DNA of 64,000 bases, from IMG/VR virus record IMGVR_UViG_3300050500_000423, positions 23,622-87,621 of that record. The stretch is one strand, 5' to 3'. This DNA is from a virus. Lineage: Duplodnaviria > Caudoviricetes. Both the position numbers and the translations under genes were made by a program. Below, in pieces: positions 9,302 to 18,152 of the stretch (position 1 is its first letter; the number at the start of each line of letters is the position of its first letter). The notes below the pieces were generated by a model that made no database searches, was not told where the DNA came from, and saw only the letters and a list, made by a program, of their open reading frames with translations.

Positions 9302-9567
9302 GGATGCTCGGCTACGCCGCCGTCGGTCTGATCCTCGCCGTTGCCGCGTTCGTCGTGGTCCGCTGGTGGTCCGTCCGACGCGAGAGCTCGGCGCTCACGC
9401 CGGGGGAACGCGTCCTCGTTCACCGGGTGACGTGGGAGACCTCCGCCTCCGGCCGGATGGTCTGGGTCTGCTGCCACTCCTGCGGATGGCGGGCCGGCGA
9501 ACCAGCGACCGATGAGGACCGGCTCGGAACCGCGCTCGTCGCGCATCTCCAACGAGGGTCCCGATGA
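9298..9567 (+). CDS. Membrane-anchored Zn-ribbon protein
   Basis: N-terminal TM segment; CCHSCGW..H. Confidence 0.6.
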   Translation: MRMLGYAAVGLILAVAAFVVVRWWSVRRESSALTPGERVLVHRVTWETSASGRMVWVCCHSCGWRAGEPATDEDRLGTALVAHLQRGSR

Positions 9568-9800
9568 GGCCGTCACCGGACCTTGGTCCCGCCCTGGTGA
9601 TCTTCGCTCTCGGTGGCGGATGGGGGATCGTCCTCGCCGTCTACTGCCTCCGCCCGCGGCGAGGTCTCCGCGCGGGGCCGGTCATCGTGCCCGAGCACGA
9701 CCCGATCGCAGAGCCACGCCATTCCGGTGTCGGCTCCCCGTTCACTCTCTCAGGAAAGGAACCGGCATGGACGCCCGATACACGGCCCGCGGCATCGTGA
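9564..9800 (+). CDS. Small membrane protein
   Basis: Hydrophobic LVIFALGGGWGIVLAVYCL; ATGA coupling. Confidence 0.5.
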   Translation: MRPSPDLGPALVIFALGGGWGIVLAVYCLRPRRGLRAGPVIVPEHDPIAEPRHSGVGSPFTLSGKEPAWTPDTRPAAS

Positions 9801-9961
9801 CGAAGGTCGAACTCCTCGCATCGCCCGAGGCGCGCTGCCGGGTGACCGTCGTCATGGACGGCCACGAGTTCACCGGACCGTGGGGTCTCGCGGACCCGCC
9901 GCAGGTAGGCGACACAGCGGGGATTCAGACCATGACGCCGACCGCGCCGGAGGTCCGCTGA
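9767..9961 (+). CDS. Hypothetical OB-like small protein
   Basis: GGAAAGGA RBS; 64 aa. Confidence 0.55.
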   Translation: MDARYTARGIVTKVELLASPEARCRVTVVMDGHEFTGPWGLADPPQVGDTAGIQTMTPTAPEVR

Positions 9962-11745
9962 TGCCCCTCGACGTGTTCGACGGAGTCGAACTCCCGGAGG
10001 ACTTCGTAACGCAGTCCGCCGGGATCGTCGCGCGTCGCGGTGCGGGCAAGACGTACACGGCGCTCAAGCTCACGGAGGAACTCGTCCGAGCGTCGCTGCC
10101 TGTCGCTGTCCTCGACCCCCTCGGCGTCTGCTACGGACTCCGCACGAGCGCCGACGGGAAGTCCGCCGGCCTCCCCGTAACGATCCTCGGCGGCGACTTC
10201 GGAGACCTGCCGCTCGAGCCGACCGACGGCGCTGTCGTCGCCCGGTTCATCGTGGAGCACCCGGGCGCCTACGTCCTCGACCTCTCCGGACCCGGGTTCG
10301 ATTCACTCCGCTCACAGGACCGATTCGCGGAGGACTTCATGGTCGCCCTCTACCGGGCGAAGAACAGCGACCGGACGCCGCTGCACCTCGTGATGGACGA
10401 GGCCGACTCGTTCGCCCCGCAGCGCCCCGGCGAGGATCAGAAGCGCATGCTCGGCGCGGCGGAGGCGATCGTCCGCCGCGGCCGATCCCGTGGTCTCGGC
10501 GTGACGTTGATCACGCAGCGACCGGCCGTGATCAACAAGAACGTCCTCTCACAGGTCGAGCTTCTCGTCGCGTTGCAAGTCACGGCTCCGCAGGACCGGA
10601 AGGCGCTCGAGGAGTGGGCGAAGGGGTTCTCCGAGAAGCCCGACCGCGATCGGTTCCTCGACGGACTCGCCCGGTTGAAGGTCGGGGAGGCGTGGCTGTG
10701 GTCGCCGGCGTGGCTCGGAATCTTCCAGCAGGTCATGGTGAAGCGACGAGTGACGTTCGACTCGTCCTCAACACCGAAGGCCGGCGAGACGCGCACGATC
10801 CCACGAGTGCTCGCTCCGGTCGACCTCGATGCCCTCAAGGCGGAGATGGAGGCGTCGATCGAGAAGGCGAAGGCGGAGGACCCGAAGGTTCTTGCCGCGA
10901 CGATCCGCGAGCAGGCGAAACGCATCCGGGAACTCGAGGCGGTGTCCCCGACCCCTGATGTCGTTGAGGCTGTCGTAGAGGTCCCTGTCGTCCCGCCTGA
11001 GCTCGTCGCGGCGCTTGACTCGTACCGAGGGCTGCATGAGCGGCTGATCCAGACGACCGGCGCTCTCGTGGACGAGATGGCACCGGTCACGGCGGCCGTC
11101 GAGAAGGCGCTCCTCGAGTGCGAGGTCGGGTCGCCGGCCACGAAGGCGAAGCTCCCCGCCGCGCGCCCGATCGCGCGGACGGGTACTCCCGCCCCCGCTC
11201 CGGCTCCTCGCCCCGCGCGCCCTGCCGCGCGGTCGACTCGGGATTCCCCGGTCGAGAATCCTGAGTCGACCCCGACGTTCGGACCCGACTCCGCGCCGGC
11301 GCGCATCCTCGCCGCCCTCGCGAAGTTCCCCGACGGCCGGACCCGCCGACAGCTCGCCGCGCTGACCGGCCTCGCTGCCCGGAAGAGCACCATCCGGAAC
11401 GCTCTCTCGACCCTCCGAGTCGCGGGGCTGATCGAGGAGCAGGGCGACCTCATCCGACTCACGGACGCGGGAGTCGACGCGGCAGGCGGTGTCGACCCAC
11501 TCCCGACCGGGCCGGCGCTTCTCGACCACTGGCGCTCCGAGGTCGGCGGTGCCGACTCCGCACCCCGCCGCATCTTCGACCTCCTCGTCGACCGCTGGCC
11601 CGAGACGCTCTCCCGCGCCGACATCACCGACCAGACCGGCTACGACGGGTCGACGCTCCGGAACGCCCTGTCGAAGTTGCGGAGCTACGACCTGATCACG
11701 GGCGACGTGCGAGCGTCTGACGAACTCATGGAGGCTGTCGGCTGA
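9961..11745 (+). CDS. HerA/FtsK-superfamily ATPase (DUF87-like) with C-terminal wHTH-like region
   Basis: Walker A ARRGAGKT, VAVLDPLG, Walker B LVMDEAD, RGRSRGLGVTLITQRPA. Confidence 0.85.
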   Translation: MPLDVFDGVELPEDFVTQSAGIVARRGAGKTYTALKLTEELVRASLPVAVLDPLGVCYGLRTSADGKSAGLPVTILGGDFGDLPLEPTDGAVVARFIVEHPGAYVLDLSGPGFDSLRSQDRFAEDFMVALYRAKNSDRTPLHLVMDEADSFAPQRPGEDQKRMLGAAEAIVRRGRSRGLGVTLITQRPAVINKNVLSQVELLVALQVTAPQDRKALEEWAKGFSEKPDRDRFLDGLARLKVGEAWLWSPAWLGIFQQVMVKRRVTFDSSSTPKAGETRTIPRVLAPVDLDALKAEMEASIEKAKAEDPKVLAATIREQAKRIRELEAVSPTPDVVEAVVEVPVVPPELVAALDSYRGLHERLIQTTGALVDEMAPVTAAVEKALLECEVGSPATKAKLPAARPIARTGTPAPAPAPRPARPAARSTRDSPVENPESTPTFGPDSAPARILAALAKFPDGRTRRQLAALTGLAARKSTIRNALSTLRVAGLIEEQGDLIRLTDAGVDAAGGVDPLPTGPALLDHWRSEVGGADSAPRRIFDLLVDRWPETLSRADITDQTGYDGSTLRNALSKLRSYDLITGDVRASDELMEAVG

Positions 11746-11948
11746 TGGAGCGGAAGGGCTTCACCTGCGACGGCGGCTGCGGCGCGACGCTCGTCATCGC
11801 ACCGCACGAGTCGCTCGCGACGTTCGGCTGGTGGACGACGTACACGGGCGATGGTTCCCCGACGGTCCATGCCTGCTCGTTCGACTGCCTTCTCTCGGTC
11901 CTTCATCGCCGCGCCGAGCGTGTCCTCCCCGAAGGAACCAAGCCATGA
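11745..11948 (+). CDS. Small Zn-binding protein
   Basis: TCDGGCG...HACSFDCL. Confidence 0.6.
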   Translation: MERKGFTCDGGCGATLVIAPHESLATFGWWTTYTGDGSPTVHACSFDCLLSVLHRRAERVLPEGTKP

Positions 11949-11962
11949 CCAACGAGCGCATC

Positions 11963-12306
11963 GACGGTCTACGTGTTCCGAAGTTCGCGGTTCGGCACGT
12001 TTCTGGTCGCGGCTCCGTGATTTCTCATGGAGGCTGCGTTCCGCACAGATTCGTCATCTTCACCGCGCGGACCCGTTACAGGAGTAGGGCTATAGGGGAT
12101 CGGGATTCGTGCCTCGGTGAACGGGCTTCCCGTTTCGGAGTCCCGTCCAAAAAGTGGTTCCCGAGAGGCGGTTTCTCCAGGCGCTCTCGGAGAATCGTTT
12201 TCGGGCGACCTTCCCGATCACCGATCCCCTATAGCCCTACTCCTGTAACGGGTCCGCGCGGTGAAGATGACGAATCCACGCGAATCGCGGCCTCGATGAG
12301 AAATCA
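11963..12306. repeat. 344-nt long-hairpin element, copy 1
   Basis: Perfect 56-bp inverted repeat 12048-12103 / 12221-12276 plus outer pairing 12018-12038 / 12286-12306; homologous to 24167-24510. Confidence 0.9.
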
Positions 12307-12360
12307 TCTGGCCGCAGGCGATTTCGTGCGGATTCCGCAACTAGAGGAGGTAGAAGCACG

Positions 12361-12708
12361 ATGAGACGACTACTACTCGCGGTGCTGCTACTCGTAGCCG
12401 TGATGGCGCCGAACGCTGTTCACGCGGAGGAGTTCGATCCGTCAGCGGAGTGCGAAGCGGGTCACCACGTCCACGGGTTCTGCGGCGGCGACGGTGATGA
12501 CGGGCAGGAGGACGTGATCGAAGCCGTCCGGCGCTGCCTCGAGGACGGGTCGTGTGGGCAGCCACTCGACCCGAATGCCCCGCGACTCCCGATCGGCTAC
12601 GCCGACGACGGCAGCCCGATCTATCCGCCCGCTCCCGACACGGCCGAACCGGACGCTCCGCCGCGTTCGTCCGGGCCGGCTGGTCCGACACCGAGGTTCA
12701 CGGGCTGA
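12361..12708 (+). CDS. Secreted or exported protein
   Basis: Signal-peptide-like MRRLLLAVLLLVAVMAPNAVHA; GAGGAGG RBS. Confidence 0.7.
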   Translation: MRRLLLAVLLLVAVMAPNAVHAEEFDPSAECEAGHHVHGFCGGDGDDGQEDVIEAVRRCLEDGSCGQPLDPNAPRLPIGYADDGSPIYPPAPDTAEPDAPPRSSGPAGPTPRFTG

Positions 12709-13313
12709 TGGACGAGTCGAGGTCCGGCATGTATCTCGGTGCGGTCGTCGTCAGCCGCGAGGATCAGCAACGCGGCCAAGTCGTCTACTGGAAGGGGTAC
12801 GGCAACCGGGCCGTGCGTATCTTCGCGGACGACGAGTACAGCGTGAAGCTCGGCCCGGGTACCTACCGTGCTGGCACCAACGTCGGCGGGTGGGATCTCG
12901 TCCCATCGCCGGAGTGGACCGCTCAGGAGCGGGTGCAGTACGTCGCCTTGACGCATCCGGAGGGCGACACGGGGAACGAGAACGACGAACTCGGGTTCCA
13001 TCTCGTCGCTGCCCTGTTCGACCCGCAGACCTACGAGGCCGTCCTCGGAGACGACGCCGCAGCGTGGCCCGTGTCCTATCACGAGCTCGTCGCCCGAGTG
13101 GCTGAATGGATCGACGGTGAACTCGGTCCGGTACTCAGCCTCGCCCGGGAATGGGTGGCGTTGCTCCGGGAGACAGACGCCCTCCGCTCCGACGACACGA
13201 CGCCAAGCGACGAGTACGCGGCACGCGCAGGCACCCTCGCCGTTCGCGAGCGCGCCTTGCGCTCCCGGTTCCTCGAGGCGTTCCCGGACACCGACACAGA
13301 GGAGGAACAGTGA
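12708..13313 (+). CDS. Hypothetical protein
   Basis: TGATG coupling; 201 aa. Confidence 0.7.
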   Translation: MDESRSGMYLGAVVVSREDQQRGQVVYWKGYGNRAVRIFADDEYSVKLGPGTYRAGTNVGGWDLVPSPEWTAQERVQYVALTHPEGDTGNENDELGFHLVAALFDPQTYEAVLGDDAAAWPVSYHELVARVAEWIDGELGPVLSLAREWVALLRETDALRSDDTTPSDEYAARAGTLAVRERALRSRFLEAFPDTDTEEEQ

Positions 13314-13516
13314 GCGACGAGCGTTCGTACGATGCCGCGGACACCGTGCGAGCTATGACGGGAACGGACTGGACAACCGCGGCAATCGACGACGCCGCGC
13401 GTCGGTGTGGATGGCCGAAGGTATCCCCGCACCCGTTCTTGGTTGCCGAGCTACTCGATAGCGACGGAACCACGGAGGGCCGAGTCAACGCCCGTTCTGG
13501 TGGGGAGGAACAGTGA
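13310..13516 (+). CDS. Hypothetical protein
   Basis: GGAGGA RBS, GTGA coupling. Confidence 0.55.
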   Translation: MSDERSYDAADTVRAMTGTDWTTAAIDDAARRCGWPKVSPHPFLVAELLDSDGTTEGRVNARSGGEEQ

Positions 13517-13722
13517 GCGACGAACCACGCTCAACTCGCGGTCGCCGTCGCGTGCGACGAGCTGAGGCACGCGAGGCCGCGTTGGAGGCTGAGGTTCAGG
13601 TACTCCGCGCCGCGCTGACGGAGATCGTCGCGTGGTGCGACGAGGGCGGAGAGCCGGTGTGTGCGTGGCCCGCCGAACGTGCTCGTGCCGCGCTTTCTGG
13701 TGGGGAACCCACCAATGGGTGA
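13513..13722 (+). CDS. Hypothetical coiled-coil protein
   Basis: GGAGGA RBS, GTGA coupling. Confidence 0.55.
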   Translation: MSDEPRSTRGRRRVRRAEAREAALEAEVQVLRAALTEIVAWCDEGGEPVCAWPAERARAALSGGEPTNG

Positions 13723-13996
13723 GCGACTCCGCACGCTGCTGTTCGAGCCTGGTCAGGGGTGGCTCCGATGGGGCTATGACTCCCGGGACGACTACCGCTC
13801 CTACGACGAGCCGCCGGAGCGGTACCGGGTTGCTCCGCCGGCGCGTCGGCTCGCGCTGTACGTGACGGCGTGGCTTGTGGTGCCGTGGCTCATGGTCGTC
13901 GGCGTGCGGCCGGGACCGGGCGAGCGTCGCTATCGCTACTCGTGGGAGGAAGTTCGCCCGGAATGGCCGAGCTACTTGAAGGACGAGGACCGGTGA
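13715..13996 (+). CDS. Hypothetical membrane-associated protein
   Basis: ATG 13715; hydrophobic LALYVTAWLVVPWLMVV. Confidence 0.55.
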   Translation: MGERLRTLLFEPGQGWLRWGYDSRDDYRSYDEPPERYRVAPPARRLALYVTAWLVVPWLMVVGVRPGPGERRYRYSWEEVRPEWPSYLKDEDR

Positions 13997-14754
13997 CCCT
14001 CGTTCCTGCGGTCACCGAGAACCAGCCGAAGCCCGCGCTCGTCGCTGCGGGTGTCGTCTCGATGCTCACTCGGTCGTCGGCGTGTCCTTCGGAGTTGATC
14101 GGGGGACGACTCATCCTCCACGCGGGGGAGGCGGAGCCGGTCCTGACGGACTTGCGCGTATGGCTGCCTCTCGACCGCGCTCGGCGTGCCGTCGAGCCGT
14201 GCGCCCGATGCGGGCACGGCGACGGCTCGCATGTGTGCCACTTCAACTCGACACGCTGCGTCGTCTGTGGGTGCAACGGCTACGAGCTGCCGCCGCTTCC
14301 CCGTGGTGCGGTGGTGGCGTCCTGCGTCGTGAGCGAGTGTCTGCCGATCATCGACGCGACCGCGTGGAGTGAAGGCGAAGGCGACGTGCTCGGTGGTGGC
14401 GTTCACTGGCCGCCCGACCGCCGCTCGGTGTGCTCGACCGGCGCGCTGCGTGACCTGCACAACCCGTGGGTGATCGCGGTCGGAGGCGGGCGCGAGAAGG
14501 TCGAGTACCACGAGGGCGCGTTCGGGGACTTCTCGCCTGGGAACTTCGCCTGGATTCTGTCGAGCGTGGAGCCGACGTCTCGTCGATGCCCCCACTGCTG
14601 GGGCGAGGGGTTCGTGATCGACCCGCTCTCGACGATCAGCGAGCCGTCGCAGGTGGGGTGCCCGACCTGTCACACGCGGAAGTCGTGCCCGCCCGTGCCG
14701 ATGCGGGGCCACTCCGGTCTCTGGTATCCGAAGTGGGAGGACGACCGTGCCTGA
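13993..14754 (+). CDS. ASCH-domain protein with two Zn inserts
   Basis: RLILHAG...LPRGAVVASCVVSEC...GNFAWIL...PVPMRGHSGLW is the ASCH pattern. Confidence 0.7.
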   Translation: MTLVPAVTENQPKPALVAAGVVSMLTRSSACPSELIGGRLILHAGEAEPVLTDLRVWLPLDRARRAVEPCARCGHGDGSHVCHFNSTRCVVCGCNGYELPPLPRGAVVASCVVSECLPIIDATAWSEGEGDVLGGGVHWPPDRRSVCSTGALRDLHNPWVIAVGGGREKVEYHEGAFGDFSPGNFAWILSSVEPTSRRCPHCWGEGFVIDPLSTISEPSQVGCPTCHTRKSCPPVPMRGHSGLWYPKWEDDRA

Positions 14755-14956
14755 GCCCCCCGACCGCCAGGAATGGGAGTACCGCGCCGTCTATGCGGAC
14801 GGAGTGCCTGCCGCCATCATCCAGTGCAGCACCAATCGCAAGTACGTCGAGAACCACATGGCTCGGCTGGTCGGAACCACGATGGCGGCGGAGCACGGCC
14901 CGTTGCGAATGCAGCGTCGCATCATCCCTCAGTGGGAGAACGTTCCTGATGCCTGA
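14747..14956 (+). CDS. Hypothetical protein
   Basis: 69 aa, in a coupled series. Confidence 0.55.
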   Translation: MPEPPDRQEWEYRAVYADGVPAAIIQCSTNRKYVENHMARLVGTTMAAEHGPLRMQRRIIPQWENVPDA

Positions 14957-15464
14957 GCACCCCGACAGAGAAGCCATCGCTGCGCGTGCAGAAGCCGCGA
15001 CATCAGGGCCGTGGGTCGATGGCGAGATGCCCGACTGGGATTCGGAATCGGTGGTCAGCGCGACTGCTACGGAGCGTTGGACCGACACCGACGGTGCTGT
15101 GTACGAGACACCGTGCCAGATCCTCGATCCGCCGAACCCGGCTCCGTCACCGGCCGACCGTGAGTTCATTATGCACGCTCGCACCGACGTTCCCGCGCTG
15201 CTCGACGCGTTGGGAGCCGCGGAGGCCGAGAACGAGAGATTGCGGCGCGCGCTAGTCGATGCCCTTGACCCCGAGGAAGAGGTCACCAGCGAGGCGGCGC
15301 TTCGCCGAGAACGCGACGAGGCAGCGGAACTGCTACGCCAGAACGTCAAGTTGCTCCGTACGACGTACGCGTGCAAGAGCGACTTCGCGTATGAAGCGCA
15401 GATGGTCGTACTCGCAGACGAAGCCTTCCTCGCGGCTCTGACCCCGACGGGAGACGAGTCGTGA
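14949..15464 (+). CDS. Ead/Ea22-like protein
   Basis: RAEAATSGPW...DREFIMHARTDVPALLDAL. Confidence 0.7.
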   Translation: MPEHPDREAIAARAEAATSGPWVDGEMPDWDSESVVSATATERWTDTDGAVYETPCQILDPPNPAPSPADREFIMHARTDVPALLDALGAAEAENERLRRALVDALDPEEEVTSEAALRRERDEAAELLRQNVKLLRTTYACKSDFAYEAQMVVLADEAFLAALTPTGDES

Positions 15465-15507
15465 TCTGGTATCCCACCGAGAAGGACTGGACGCCAGAGG
15501 ACGCGGC

Positions 15508-16284
15508 GTGAAGGCGTCTGAGGTCATCGACGTGCTCTGCGGGCACTGGCCGGCGGGAGAGTCGCTCTGTATCCCGGAGGCGCCGCAGGACGTGATGCGG
15601 ATGGGTCGGAAGATCGACCTCCTCGTCTGCTCGTTCTGGCGGTCGCGCGGGTACGCCCTCGACGCCGTCGAGGTGAAGGTCTCGCACTCCGACTGGATGC
15701 GCGAGGTCAACAACCCGGAGAAGGCGGACTTCTGGTACGAGCACTCCGACCGCTTCTGGGTCGCGGTGCCGTCCGAACTCACGGCCCGGGTGCGGGATAC
15801 CCTTCCGCCGACGTGGGGGCTGCTCGGGATCTCGGGCGGTCGCGCGTCGGAAGTCGTGAAGGCACCGAAGCACGACCGGACGCCGCTCACGTGGGGGACA
15901 ACGCTCGGGATCATCCGCGCGTCGTCCGGCGCCGGGGCGAACGCGGTACAGCGCGCCTACGAGCGGGGTCGGCAGGAAGGGCACCGGTCGGCGGAGGCGA
16001 GCGCGCGAGGATCGACGCAGTACGAGGCGCTCCGCAGTCGCGTCGAGAGCTTCGAGAAGGCGTCGGGTCTCGACCTCGCGAACTGGCGGGCGGACTTCCG
16101 CGGCCAGGACCCCGAGCAACTCGGGGACGCCGTGAAGCGGCTCCTCGAGGTTGAGCACGAAGTCGAGCGTGCGGAGCGCCGGCTTCGGGATATCACGGAC
16201 TCGCTCGCTGCCGCGCATCGACGCGCCGCGGCGCTACTCGCAATCCGAGAGGGGGAGAAGGATGCCGGGCGCACCGAGGGGTGA
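15508..16284 (+). CDS. MmcB-like PD-(D/E)xK nuclease-fold protein
   Basis: RKIDLLV...AVEVKVSHSDWMRE...EK...DRFWVAVP...WGLL; C-terminal coiled coil. Confidence 0.7.
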   Translation: MKASEVIDVLCGHWPAGESLCIPEAPQDVMRMGRKIDLLVCSFWRSRGYALDAVEVKVSHSDWMREVNNPEKADFWYEHSDRFWVAVPSELTARVRDTLPPTWGLLGISGGRASEVVKAPKHDRTPLTWGTTLGIIRASSGAGANAVQRAYERGRQEGHRSAEASARGSTQYEALRSRVESFEKASGLDLANWRADFRGQDPEQLGDAVKRLLEVEHEVERAERRLRDITDSLAAAHRRAAALLAIREGEKDAGRTEG

Positions 16285-16594
16285 GCGATGCCGGGTGTTC
16301 CGTTGCGGGACGCCGGCGACGCTCGATGTTCTGTTCCCCGGCGGCGATGTCGCCCCGCAGTGGTGGTCGCCGCTTGAAGAGGACGATGTGGTCGGGCATC
16401 GGACGCGTGTCTGCGCCGCGCACGGGGCGGAACTCGGGTCCGTGTCGATCGCGTTCGTTGAGCTCGATGTCGAGAAGTGCGCGGGCTGGCAACTCGTCGT
16501 CGAGTTCGTGAAGGACCCAGAGAAGTCGAACCCGATCGTGCTGTACCCGCCTGGGACGCGCGACCTAGTCGAAGGAGAGGAACACGGTGGGTAA
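16262..16594 (+). CDS. Hypothetical protein
   Basis: GGAGAAGG RBS before ATG 16262; start uncertain. Confidence 0.5.
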   Translation: MPGAPRGERCRVFRCGTPATLDVLFPGGDVAPQWWSPLEEDDVVGHRTRVCAAHGAELGSVSIAFVELDVEKCAGWQLVVEFVKDPEKSNPIVLYPPGTRDLVEGEEHGG

Positions 16595-17009
16595 CTGGCG
16601 GACGGTCCATATCGCGGGGCACTGCAATGCCGACGAGGCCGAGGTACTCCGCGAGTACGTCAACGACCTGCAACAGTGGGGTCCGTTGCACAACGGCGGT
16701 ATCTGCGGGCTGCATGAGTGGCCGGCCGAGGTGATCGACGTGACCGGGAACCTCGGGGAACGTGGCTACTCCGTCGAGGATGTCGCGGCGACGCTCCGGA
16801 AGCTCATCGAGATCGCTCCGTCGCTTCGGGTGCGGATCGACTGCGGCGCCGATGACGAGTCCCTCGACTGCGTCGCGACGATCGTCACGGACGAGGACGG
16901 CACGGTCGGGGTGCTCCCGCCCGCGGTCGAGACGCTCCCGGCTATCAGCGAGGGGCACATGGCGGCCGGGTTCTTCGACCAGCTCGCGAACCCGAGGTAC
17001 CGTCGATGA
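16587..17009 (+). CDS. Hypothetical protein
   Basis: GGAGAGG RBS; 140 aa. Confidence 0.7.
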   Translation: MGNWRTVHIAGHCNADEAEVLREYVNDLQQWGPLHNGGICGLHEWPAEVIDVTGNLGERGYSVEDVAATLRKLIEIAPSLRVRIDCGADDESLDCVATIVTDEDGTVGVLPPAVETLPAISEGHMAAGFFDQLANPRYRR

Positions 17010-17338
17010 CGGCGGCGTGGTCGGCGGCCGCCGATGAACTCCTCGAGGTGTTCGTCGGCGCGACGGAGGATCTCCCCGACGACGCCGAGACGGGCATCGT
17101 CGCGATCCTGAACCATCCCGACGTGATCCTCGCGGCGCTCGGCGTCGATCGGCTGCTCCTTGAGCTGCGGGACCTCGTCTACGACGTGTCGAGCGAGGTG
17201 CCCGTCGTCGCGCGCGTGAACTCGATCGGGTGGACCCGTCGGCTGACGGCCGCGCTCGGGGTCCTTCGTGAGCTCGGCTACGAGGACGACTCGCACCCGT
17301 ACCGACCGATCGACGATCCCCGTCCTTTCGTCCGATGA
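17006..17338 (+). CDS. Hypothetical protein
   Basis: ATGA coupling; 110 aa. Confidence 0.65.
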   Translation: MTAAWSAAADELLEVFVGATEDLPDDAETGIVAILNHPDVILAALGVDRLLLELRDLVYDVSSEVPVVARVNSIGWTRRLTAALGVLRELGYEDDSHPYRPIDDPRPFVR

Positions 17339-17649
17339 GTTACGCCCGGTTCGCTCGGGACTCGTCGGTGTACGTGTTCCTGAACACGGAGGGCCGGCTT
17401 GAGTGCTGCGGCTGCAACCTCCGATCCGATGACGAGGTCAAGGCGCGCGGCCATGCGACGCTTCGTCGGACCACGGTTGAGATGGTCGAGCATCTCGACG
17501 CGCACCGCGCCGCGGGCCAGAAGGTCCCGAAGCGGACGTACGCCGCCCTCCGTGCCGACGCGGAGGAGAACGACCAGTGGATACGCGACTACGACGAGCG
17601 CGCCGGAGGTCTCCGCGCGGAGACTCCGGTGGAGTCGGGCGACGGGTAG
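17335..17649 (+). CDS. Hypothetical protein
   Basis: MSYARFARDSSVYVFL...ECCGC; ATGA coupling. Confidence 0.65.
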   Translation: MSYARFARDSSVYVFLNTEGRLECCGCNLRSDDEVKARGHATLRRTTVEMVEHLDAHRAAGQKVPKRTYAALRADAEENDQWIRDYDERAGGLRAETPVESGDG

Positions 17650-17748
17650 GGTCTCGTCTACCGGTCCTCCCCGGGTACATCGAGGACGCCTGTTCTTCTC
17701 CCGGTTGTCGGGTGAGGGACAGGCGTTTCTCGTTGGCGGGGAGGGGGT

Positions 17749-18051
17749 CTATGCGAGGGCTTCCTCGACGTGGTCGCGGACCGCGGCGGCGACGCTCTCG
17801 GGGGTGGCGTGTCCGTCGGAGAAGTCGCGGGTGCCGACGCGTTGGACTCGGTAGGTGTTGTCTGCGGGGTCGACCGTCGCGAGGATGACGACCTCGCGAC
17901 GGTCCTCGGTGGCGGCTTCGACGCGGATCACTCCGACGGTTTCGTCGGAGCGGACGTGGAGTTCCCAGACGTTCGGGAGGTCCTCGACTTGGTCGAAGGT
18001 CTCTGCTGCGACTTCTCGGATCGTGTGCTCACCCATCTCGCCCTCCATCAC
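17749..18051 (-). CDS. Hypothetical protein, the only clear minus-strand CDS
   Basis: 100 aa with sensible composition, directly downstream of the minus-strand promoter motif. Confidence 0.6.
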   Translation of the reverse strand: MMEGEMGEHTIREVAAETFDQVEDLPNVWELHVRSDETVGVIRVEAATEDRREVVILATVDPADNTYRVQRVGTRDFSDGHATPESVAAAVRDHVEEALA

Positions 18052-18062
18052 TCACCCGCCGC

Positions 18063-18083
18063 ACTGGATACGCCAACTATACA
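18063..18083 (-). promoter_or_regulatory. Phage promoter motif copy (TGTATAGTTGGCGTATCCAGT)
   Basis: 20 of 21 nt match to 7087-7107; oriented toward the minus-strand CDS. Confidence 0.6.
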
Positions 18084-18152
18084 CCCGATGGTGGCGGGGG
18101 GTAGACCCCGCGGCGTACTCTCCCAGGTACTCGATCGAGAGGACCCCTGCCG

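Noticed and set aside
12048-12276. Protelomerase telomere-resolution site
   Set aside because: The arms are separated by 117 nt rather than forming a continuous palindrome, and no protelomerase gene is seen
11945-12364. Protein-coding ORFs across the hairpin elements (also 24221-24586 and 24173-24544)
   Set aside because: They start in different frames in the two copies, have atypical codon usage, and are open on both strands as expected for GC-rich inverted repeats; coding cannot be fully excluded
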